Notes under the pieces: model-generated | The model's database searches: none | Seen by the model: the letters and a program-made list of their open reading frames with translations, nothing else | What the model was told of the DNA's origin: nothing | Made by a program: the position numbers and the translations under genes | Part shown: one piece after another, positions 51,330 to 58,556 of the stretch | Position numbering within the stretch: position 1 is the stretch's first letter | Layout of the letters: each line of letters opens with the position of its first letter | From: Actinomycetes bacterium | GTDB lineage: Bacteria; Actinomycetota; Actinomycetes; S36-B12 | Assembly: GCA_965278965.1 (NCBI GenBank) | Contig: OZ257127.1 | Span: 2,036,911 to 2,100,910, forward strand | DNA: 64,000 nucleotides | Reading direction: 5' to 3'

Positions 51330-52099
51330 TCCCCGCCGCCTTCGACCTGCGCGGTCGCGTCGCGCTGGTCACCGGCGCCGGGTCGGCGTCGGGGATCGGC
51401 TTCGCGTCCGCCCGCCTCCTGGTCGAGCTCGGGGCGACTGTCGCGATCGCGTCGACGAGCAGTCGCATCGACCAGCGGGTCGCCGACCTCGGCGGTCCGC
51501 CGACCACCGGACACGTCGCTGACCTGACGGACGAGGCCCAGGCGGGGCAGGTGGTTGCAGACGCCGTCGCCGCCCACGGTCGCCTGGACATCGTCGTCGC
51601 GAACGCGGGCATGACGAGCGTCACGGTGGTCGGTGAGTCGGGCGGGATCGCCGGAACATCGGCTGACGCGTGGCGTGCAGGGATCGCGCGCAACCTCGAC
51701 ACGGCGTTTCACGTGCTCAGGGCCGCGCTGCCGCACCTGATCGACAGCGGTGCCGGCCGCATCGTCGCGGTCAGCAGCGTGACCGGCCCGGTCATGGCGA
51801 TGCGTGACGAGGCCGCCTACGCGGCGGCCAAGGCGGGTGTCGTCGGGCTCGTCCGGTCGATCGCGGTCTACCACGCGGCGGACCAGGTGACGGCGAACGC
51901 CGTGGCTCCCGGCTGGATAGCGACGGGGTCGCAGACGCCCGACGAGGCGCGGTTGGGGCGAGGGGTACCGGTCGGGCGCAGCGCGACGCCGGTCGAGGTC
52001 GCCAGCGCGGTGGCGTGGCTGTGCACGCCTGGCGCCGCGTACGTGACGGGCCAGTGCCTCGTCGTCGACGGAGGCAACAGCATCGCCGAGCAGCGGTAG
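51326..52099 (+). CDS. Short-chain dehydrogenase/reductase
   Basis: TGAGSASGIG, ANAG and YAAAKAGV motifs. The GTG at 51326 overlaps the aminotransferase stop (GTGA). Confidence 0.85.
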   Translation: MIPAAFDLRGRVALVTGAGSASGIGFASARLLVELGATVAIASTSSRIDQRVADLGGPPTTGHVADLTDEAQAGQVVADAVAAHGRLDIVVANAGMTSVTVVGESGGIAGTSADAWRAGIARNLDTAFHVLRAALPHLIDSGAGRIVAVSSVTGPVMAMRDEAAYAAAKAGVVGLVRSIAVYHAADQVTANAVAPGWIATGSQTPDEARLGRGVPVGRSATPVEVASAVAWLCTPGAAYVTGQCLVVDGGNSIAEQR

Positions 52100-52117
52100 C
52101 CACCGGCGACGCGCCCG

Positions 52118-52180
52118 GAATGGTTGAAATTCGGGCCGATATGCCCGGTTTGACGACCACTGCAGGCGCGTCGGCGGTCA
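52118..52180. repeat. 63-nt repeat, copy 1 (immediately 3' of the nudix stop on the minus strand)
   Basis: 48/63 identical to 52698-52760 without gaps. The last 36 nt are 33/36 identical (CCGGTTTGACGACCACTGCAGGCGCGTCGGCGGTCA). Confidence 0.8.
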
Positions 52181-52672
52181 GTCGGCGATGAAACGCCCGG
52201 TCGCCAAGTGCTCGCGGTACATCGCCAGGACCCGCGCGGTCGGCGGATGCACGGGGACCGGAAGGTCGTCGGGCTGGACCCATCGGTGGTCAACCGCTTC
52301 GGCGGAGGCGATCGGCTCCCGATCGTCCAGCCGCACCCAGAAGCACAGCGCGAACGCGTGGACGCGGTCGCCATTCGGGTAGACCAGCAGATGCGTGACC
52401 GGGTCGGAGAAGGTCGCGAACGGCACGAGGTCCGCCGGGGCCACTCGAAGCCCCGCCTCCTCGAGGAGCTCGGTGACGGCGATGTCGCGGAAGGACTGGC
52501 CTGGCTCGGCGGCGCCGGACGGGATCTCCCACGCGCCGGTGTCGGTCCGCCGCTGCATCAGGACGCGACCGTCCTCGCGCACGACGACGACCTGCGCGCC
52601 CGGGCACAGCACGAGATCGTGTCCGATGCGCTGCCGCAGCCGGCCGAGGTAGGAGTCGGCGAACCCGGTCAC
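52178..52672 (-). CDS. NUDIX hydrolase with a variant Nudix box
   Basis: GAAEPGQSFRDIAVTELLEEAGL corresponds to Gx5Qx7TELxEExGL, with Q and T where the canonical box has E and R. Confidence 0.8.
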   Translation of the reverse strand: MTGFADSYLGRLRQRIGHDLVLCPGAQVVVVREDGRVLMQRRTDTGAWEIPSGAAEPGQSFRDIAVTELLEEAGLRVAPADLVPFATFSDPVTHLLVYPNGDRVHAFALCFWVRLDDREPIASAEAVDHRWVQPDDLPVPVHPPTARVLAMYREHLATGRFIAD

Positions 52673-52697
52673 GCGCGCACCCCCCGCGAGACGCCTT

Positions 52698-52760
52698 GAA
52701 TGGTCGTCAAACGGCCCGCGGGAGCCGGTTTGACGACCATTCCAGGCGCGTCGGCGGTTA
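52698..52760. repeat. 63-nt repeat, copy 2 (immediately 3' of the glycosidase stop on the minus strand), containing a 15-bp-stem hairpin
   Basis: GAATGGTCGTCAAAC (52698-52712) pairs with GTTTGACGACCATTC (52728-52742), then CAGGCGCGTCGGCGGTTA. Confidence 0.8.
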
Positions 52761-54083
52761 CTTGCGGAGGAGGGTCGGGCCGGAGATGACGATCTGCTTC
52801 TTGGTCACCGGCTTGCACGAGCCGTTGAGCTTGCAGATCTGGTTGAAGCCCTTGGTCGAGAACCTCGCGCTGCCGGCCTCGGCCCACACGACACGCTGGG
52901 CCTGACCGGCCTTCGTGAACCGGCACGTGACGGCGTTGCCGTTGGAGCACCCGTTGAAGGTCGCTCCGACGATCCAGCCCTGCAGCGTCGACACCGACGT
53001 CGCCGCGGGGCTCCCCGCGTTCATCTGGATGCCGACGAGGTCGAGGTTCGGCCCCCAGGCGTACCAGTAGGTCCGGCTGATGCCCAGTCGCAGCGAGTCC
53101 AGGTAGGTGCGGGCGGCCCAGTTGGAGGCCTTGACCCCGTTGATGTCCTGGTCGGGGTTCAGCGGCCCGGGACCGGCGAGCCCGTAGTTGTTCTCCGTGT
53201 CCCACAGCGGCTTGTTCGGCGCGCCCGCGGCGTCCAGCATCGCGATCCACTGCTTGGCGAGCGCGGCGCGGTCGGCCGGCGTGCCCTTGGATGCGGGGTA
53301 CGTGTGCGCGGCGAACACGTCGACGGGCCAGCCCAGCGCCTTCAGCTGCGAGAGGTACGCGGGGTAGAACTTCTTGAACGGGCCGCCCAGGCGGGTGCCC
53401 GTGCTCGGTGCGACGACGGTGGCGCTCGGGTCGATCGACTTGATGATGTCGTAGGCGCGCTTGGTCAGCCGCGCCATCTGGGCGGGCGTCCCGGTCGAGA
53501 ACGTCGTGAGGTTGGCCTCGTTCCAGATCTGGTAGGCGTTGATCTTGCCCTTGTACTTCGTCGCGACGGTCCGCACCCAGTCGTCCCAGTCGCTGAGGTT
53601 CTTGGGCATGCCCGCGGCGCCGGGCAGGACGCCGGCGACACCGCCGGCGGACGGGTCGTCCGTGGCCCACGCCGGGGTGCCGGCGAGGACCAGCAGGATG
53701 TCGCTCACGCCGTGTGACTGCGCGTTCGCGACCGCGGCGTCGAGCTTGGTCCAGTCGAAGACGCCCTTCGAGGTCTCGATCGACGACCACGTCGTCTGGT
53801 TGTCCCACAGCCGCAGCGCGCCGATCGGGATCGTCGGCCAGACGCCGTCCTGGACGTTGAACACGTGCATCCCGAACAGGGATCGGTCGACGGTCGTGCC
53901 GACGAGGCTGGCGGCCAGGGGTTTCGCCCGCGGTGTCGGTGCCGGTGCGGCCGACGCCCCAGGGGCGGCGAGCACGGTCGCGGCGACGGCAGCGGCCGAC
54001 ATGAGGGCGAGCAGGGACGTGCGAAGCGGGGGAAGTCTGCGCATGGCGACCATGCTGCCATGCGCGCGCCGCGAGGCCGGCAC
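52758..54083 (-). CDS. Secreted clan GH-A (TIM-barrel) glycoside hydrolase
   Basis: Signal peptide (LLALMSAAAVAATVLAAPGASA). IWNEAN is the likely acid/base Glu and WDTENN the likely nucleophile Glu. Cys-rich C-terminal beta domain. The start could also be one of two downstream in-frame ATGs (codons 11 and 14). Confidence 0.75.
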   Translation of the reverse strand: MPASRRAHGSMVAMRRLPPLRTSLLALMSAAAVAATVLAAPGASAAPAPTPRAKPLAASLVGTTVDRSLFGMHVFNVQDGVWPTIPIGALRLWDNQTTWSSIETSKGVFDWTKLDAAVANAQSHGVSDILLVLAGTPAWATDDPSAGGVAGVLPGAAGMPKNLSDWDDWVRTVATKYKGKINAYQIWNEANLTTFSTGTPAQMARLTKRAYDIIKSIDPSATVVAPSTGTRLGGPFKKFYPAYLSQLKALGWPVDVFAAHTYPASKGTPADRAALAKQWIAMLDAAGAPNKPLWDTENNYGLAGPGPLNPDQDINGVKASNWAARTYLDSLRLGISRTYWYAWGPNLDLVGIQMNAGSPAATSVSTLQGWIVGATFNGCSNGNAVTCRFTKAGQAQRVVWAEAGSARFSTKGFNQICKLNGSCKPVTKKQIVISGPTLLRK

Positions 54084-54089
54084 GCGCGT

Positions 54090-54752
54090 CTAGGCGCTCG
54101 GCGCGTCGCGCAGGAGAGTCACCCCGTCAAGCACGAGGCGCAGGCCCACCTCGAAGGAGTCGCCGAACGCGTACCCGGCGCGCAGGACGTACTGCTCGGC
54201 GAACTCACGCATCCGTGGGGCAGCGCTGAGATCGATGCCCGCGATGAGCGCCTCGGGGTCGGCCTCGAGCTCGACGTCAAGCAGCATCGCCTCCTGGAGC
54301 GCGAAGCCGTAGACGAACGCGTCGAGCAGGGCTGCGGCGTGGGCCGTCGCCTCGAGGGAGAAGCCGGCTGACCGCAGGACCTCCAGCAGCGCCTCATGGC
54401 TGGCGAGGTTCGCCGGGCCGGGATGGCGGCGGGTTTCCAGCAGCCCCACGGCCCAGGGGTGGCGGGCCAGGACGGCTCGCGTGGAGCGCGCCCGCTCAGC
54501 GAGCTCGTCCCGCCACGGCTCGTGCGTCGTCGGCCGGTACGTCTGTGCGTAGACCTCGTCGACGATCGCGTCGAGGATCTCCTCCTTGCTGCCCACGTGG
54601 TGGTACACGGCCATGGGTTTGGCTCCCAGGCGGGCGGCGATCGATCGGATCGTCACCGCGCCGACCCCGGACTCGTCGGCGAGGGTCAAAGCGGCGTCGC
54701 GTACACGGTCCCGGGACAGCGACCCGCGGGGCGCGCGGGGTGCCGATGGCAT
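54090..54752 (-). CDS. TetR family transcriptional regulator
   Basis: AALTLADESGVGAVTIRSIAARLGAKPMAVYHHVGSKEEIL HTH motif. ATG 54752 lies within ORF 54090..54971. Confidence 0.88.
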   Translation of the reverse strand: MPSAPRAPRGSLSRDRVRDAALTLADESGVGAVTIRSIAARLGAKPMAVYHHVGSKEEILDAIVDEVYAQTYRPTTHEPWRDELAERARSTRAVLARHPWAVGLLETRRHPGPANLASHEALLEVLRSAGFSLEATAHAAALLDAFVYGFALQEAMLLDVELEADPEALIAGIDLSAAPRMREFAEQYVLRAGYAFGDSFEVGLRLVLDGVTLLRDAPSA

Positions 54753-54827
54753 GGCGACACGATAACGTACGTTGTACCGTACTATGTACGAAAGCGCCGG
54801 CCCGCGGCGTGACGAACCGGAGGAACG

Positions 54828-55811
54828 ATGACGAGCATGCGCGCCGTGGTACAGGACGGCTACGGAGGAACCGACGTGCTGCGCCAGGAGACCGTCCCGG
54901 TCCCGACGCCCGGCACGGGCGAGGTCCTCCTGCGCGTGCAGGCCGCCGCGATCGACCGGGGCACGTGGCACGTCATGGCGGGCCTACCGCGGGTGGCCCG
55001 GCTCGGGCTCGGCGTGCGCGGCCCGAAGGCCCAGGTGCCGGGGCTGGACGTGGCCGGCGTCGTCGAGGAGGTCGGGCCGGGCGTGACCGACCTGCGGCCC
55101 GGCGACGCGGTCTTCGGCATCGCGAAGGGGTCGTTCGCGCCGCGCGCCGTCGCTCGTGTCGCCAAGCTCGCACCGGCTCCCGCCTCCTTGTCGCCGGCGG
55201 AGGCCGCGGCGCTCGGGGTGTCCGGGTTGACGGCCATCCAGGCGCTGGACGCCGCGCGGGTCACGAGCGGGAGCTCCGTGCTCGTCATCGGGGCGTCGGG
55301 CGGCGTCGGCAGCCTCGCCGTCGCGATCGCCGCCCGCCGCGGGGCACAGGTCAGCGCGGTGTGCAGCGGGTCCAAGGCGCAGGCGGTCCAGGCGTGGGGG
55401 GCCTCCCGGGTGCTCGACCGCCGTCGCGACGAGCTCGCCGGCGACCGGTCGCGCTACGACGCCGTCCTCGACATAGCCGGCGGCACGTCACTTGCTCGCC
55501 TCCGTGAGCTCACCACCCCTCACGGCACGATCGTGTTCATCGGCCGGGAGGGCGGCGGCGACTGGACGGGGGGCTTCGGGGCGCCTGTACGCCGCGCACT
55601 GCGCATGCTGGCCAGTCGGCAGCGCTACGTGATGCTGGTCGCGCGCGAGCGCTCGGCCGACCTCGTCCGGCTCGCCGCTCTCGCTGACGGCGAGGGCCTG
55701 CGCCCGCACCTGCACGCGACCTTCCCGTTCACCGAGGTCCGAGCGGCGATGGACACACTCACGTCCGGGTCCGTCGTCGGGAAGATCGCCCTGGTCCCGG
55801 CGCCGGAGTGA
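54828..55811 (+). CDS. NADPH:quinone oxidoreductase-type medium-chain reductase
   Basis: GEVLLRVQAAAIDRG, GASGGVGSLAVAIA and GKIALV at the C-terminus. Confidence 0.85.
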   Translation: MTSMRAVVQDGYGGTDVLRQETVPVPTPGTGEVLLRVQAAAIDRGTWHVMAGLPRVARLGLGVRGPKAQVPGLDVAGVVEEVGPGVTDLRPGDAVFGIAKGSFAPRAVARVAKLAPAPASLSPAEAAALGVSGLTAIQALDAARVTSGSSVLVIGASGGVGSLAVAIAARRGAQVSAVCSGSKAQAVQAWGASRVLDRRRDELAGDRSRYDAVLDIAGGTSLARLRELTTPHGTIVFIGREGGGDWTGGFGAPVRRALRMLASRQRYVMLVARERSADLVRLAALADGEGLRPHLHATFPFTEVRAAMDTLTSGSVVGKIALVPAPE

Positions 55812-55814
55812 TGG

Positions 55815-57335
55815 CTAGTGCGGGCGTGACGCAGCTACGACCGTGACGTCGTCGCGGCGCCAGTCGGCCGCGCGGTGCCGGACCTGGGCCAGCAGCTGGG
55901 CGATGAGCTCGGCCGGCTGCTCGCGCACCGGCGCATCGGCCCCCCGGATGAACTGCGCGACCTTCGAGGACTCCAGCTCGTCACCCTCGGTGTTGCGCGA
56001 CTCGACGAGCCCGTCGGTGTAGGCCACGACGACGTCGCCGCGTCCGAAAGCGCGCGACCGCACCGTCCACGCCCCCCCGAGTGAGGAGATGAGCGGCCCG
56101 GTGGGCTCGCACAGGTCCGCCTGCTTGTCGTGGGTCACCACGATCGCCGGGTGGTGACCGGCGTTGCACCACTCGAGGGTCCCCGCGACGGGGTCGACGA
56201 CGACGACGATCCCGGTGACGAAGTGCGTGTCGTCGGCGCAGGAGTCGGCTGCCATCGACACGGCCACGTCGGGGCTCAGACCGCCGCGCAGCGCGGCACG
56301 CAGGACGGAGCGCACGCGCAGCGCGGTCACGCTGGCCTGCGGCCCGTGCCCCGAGACGTCCGCGACGACCAGCGCCAGCGAGCCGTCCGGGCGCCGGACC
56401 GCGTCCCACCAGTCGCCGGCCACCACACCCTCGGCCGACTGGCTCGAGCCCGCGACGACGAGCCCGTCGATCTGCTCGGCCCCGCCGCCCAGCTCGGCCT
56501 GCATGGCGGCGACGAGCGGAGCGTCCTGCACCAGGCCCTCACGGGCCGCCTGCGCCTCGTCGATCTCGAGGACCAGTTCGCGGCGCAGCCGCTCCGCGTC
56601 GATACCGACCGCCCGCAGCTCGGGCGGCCCCACGGCCCGCACGGGTTCCAGGTGTCCGGCCTCCCGGGTCGTGCGCTGCAGGCTCTCGCGAAGCGTGGTC
56701 AGCGGACCGAGGACCCACAGGTGCAGGCCGGCGTAGAAGGCGGCGAGACCGAGGAGGACGCACACGCCGACGAACAGCAACGTGAAACCGAGGATCCGCG
56801 TGAATGCCGCCGCGGCCTCGATCGCCGTGTCCCGAGCCTGGTTCGTGCCGTCGTGCAGGGCGGTCGACGCGTTCGTCATCGTCTCGTACGCGGACCACGC
56901 GGCGTCGGACCCGGTCTGGCGCATGGCCCGCTTGGGCTTGCCGGCCTCCATGTAGGCGATCGTCGGGTCGGCGTCCGCGCGCACCCACGCCCGCTGCGCC
57001 GACCGTGCTTTGGCGACGAGGGCCGTGAGATCGGGGTCGTCGACCACGGCCTTGCCGATGTCGGCGAGCAGCGTGGTCGCGCGCCCGATGCTCTGCCGGT
57101 AGGAGTCCAGCGACGCGGCTCGGTTGAGCATCACGTAGTCGGCGAGGGCCCCGCTTGCATTGGCCTGCACGAGGGTCAGCTCGGCCGACTGGTCGACGAC
57201 GGGCGACAGCTCGTCCTGGATCCCGATGTTGACGGCGGCCGTCAGCCCGTACTGCGCGAACAGGGCGATCCCCATGAGCAGCAGTGCGACGAGCGCGACG
57301 ATGGATGCGATGAGCGTCCGCATCCTCAGGGTCAC
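55815..57335 (-). CDS. Membrane sensor PP2C (SpoIIE-type) phosphatase with a CHASE3-like extracytoplasmic region and a HAMP-like linker
   Basis: Two TM segments bracket about 170 residues. The C-terminal motifs GDWWD, DVSGHG, NAGHHP and AYTDGLVE mark PPM/SpoIIE phosphatases. Confidence 0.8.
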   Translation of the reverse strand: MTLRMRTLIASIVALVALLLMGIALFAQYGLTAAVNIGIQDELSPVVDQSAELTLVQANASGALADYVMLNRAASLDSYRQSIGRATTLLADIGKAVVDDPDLTALVAKARSAQRAWVRADADPTIAYMEAGKPKRAMRQTGSDAAWSAYETMTNASTALHDGTNQARDTAIEAAAAFTRILGFTLLFVGVCVLLGLAAFYAGLHLWVLGPLTTLRESLQRTTREAGHLEPVRAVGPPELRAVGIDAERLRRELVLEIDEAQAAREGLVQDAPLVAAMQAELGGGAEQIDGLVVAGSSQSAEGVVAGDWWDAVRRPDGSLALVVADVSGHGPQASVTALRVRSVLRAALRGGLSPDVAVSMAADSCADDTHFVTGIVVVVDPVAGTLEWCNAGHHPAIVVTHDKQADLCEPTGPLISSLGGAWTVRSRAFGRGDVVVAYTDGLVESRNTEGDELESSKVAQFIRGADAPVREQPAELIAQLLAQVRHRAADWRRDDVTVVAASRPH

Positions 57336-57365
57336 GGGCGAAGGCTAGGGGAGATTCCGTGATCC

Positions 57366-58490
57366 ATGGAGGGACTGCGACGCAGTCGTGACCGGACCGT
57401 AGGCTCGGTCGTCGTGACGACCCCGCGCCTGCGACCCGACATCGAGCAGCTGCCGGCCTACAAGGCGGGGCAGCGGCCGATCGATCGGGCCGACCTGACG
57501 GTCTTCAAGATCTCCAGCAACGAGGTGCCGTTCCCGCCCCTGCCGAGCGTGGTCGATGCGATCGCACGCGCCGCGCTCGAGGTGCACCGGTACCCCGATC
57601 CGGCCTCGACCCGGCTGGTCGCCGCGCTGGCGGCCCGCCACGACGTGCCCGAGGACTGGATCGCGTTGGGGACGGGCAGCGTGGCGCTGTGCGGGCACAT
57701 CACCTCGGCCGTCGCCGGCCCCGGCGACGAGGTCGTCTACGCGTGGCGCAGCTTCGAGGCGTACCCGATCTGGACCCAGATCGCCGGGGCCACCGCGGTG
57801 CAGGTCCCTCTGCTGGCTGACGAGCGCCACGACCTTCCCGCGATGATCGCTGCCCTGACCGACCGCACGCGCCTGGTCCTCGTGTGCTCGCCCAACAACC
57901 CGACCGGTGCGATCGTCACGGAGGCCGAGCTCGTCGCGTTTCTCGACGAGGTCCCCGGCGACATCCTGGTCGTGCTGGACGAGGCCTACACCCAGTTCGT
58001 GACGCGGGACGATGTCGCCGACGGGGTAGAGCTCGTCCGCCGCTACCAGAACCTCGTTCTGCTGCAGACGTTCTCGAAGGCCTACGGGCTAGCCGCCCTA
58101 CGGGTCGGGCTTGCGATCGCGCACCCGCCTGTCGCCGCCGCGATCCGAAAGACGGCGACGCCGTTCGGCATCTCGACGATCGCCGAGGAAGCCGCGATCG
58201 CGTCGTTGGCGGCCGAGGACGAGCTGATGGACCGGGTGCGCGAGGTCGTCGCCGAGCGCGTTCGCGTCCTCGACGCCCTTCGATCCCAGGGCTGGCCGGT
58301 CGAGGACTCGCAGGCCAACTTCGTGTGGCTGCGCCTCGGGGACCGGACCGCCGCCTATGCCGCGGCGTGCGAGGAGGCCGGGATCACGGTGCGCCCGTTC
58401 GCCGGCGAGGGCGTGCGGATCACGATCGCCGAGCCGGAGGCCAACGACCGGGTCATCGCCGTGTCGGCCGCGTTCCTCCGCGACCGGTGA
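57366..58490 (+). CDS. Histidinol-phosphate/aromatic aminotransferase (class II)
   Basis: LPAYKAG, SPNNPTG and QTFSKAYGLAALRVG (PLP lysine). An alternative GTG start lies at 57414. Confidence 0.85.
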   Translation: MEGLRRSRDRTVGSVVVTTPRLRPDIEQLPAYKAGQRPIDRADLTVFKISSNEVPFPPLPSVVDAIARAALEVHRYPDPASTRLVAALAARHDVPEDWIALGTGSVALCGHITSAVAGPGDEVVYAWRSFEAYPIWTQIAGATAVQVPLLADERHDLPAMIAALTDRTRLVLVCSPNNPTGAIVTEAELVAFLDEVPGDILVVLDEAYTQFVTRDDVADGVELVRRYQNLVLLQTFSKAYGLAALRVGLAIAHPPVAAAIRKTATPFGISTIAEEAAIASLAAEDELMDRVREVVAERVRVLDALRSQGWPVEDSQANFVWLRLGDRTAAYAAACEEAGITVRPFAGEGVRITIAEPEANDRVIAVSAAFLRDR

Positions 58491-58556
58491 GACGTCGTCG
58501 CCTCGTTGGTCGCTGACGCGACGGCAGATCCCCGTTCGCGTGGTTGGTGACCGGCT

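Noticed and set aside
51705-51720. Third parS candidate CGTTTCACGTGCTCAG
   Set aside because: Only the left half-site and centre match the consensus. The right half is unrelated, and it lies inside the SDR coding region.
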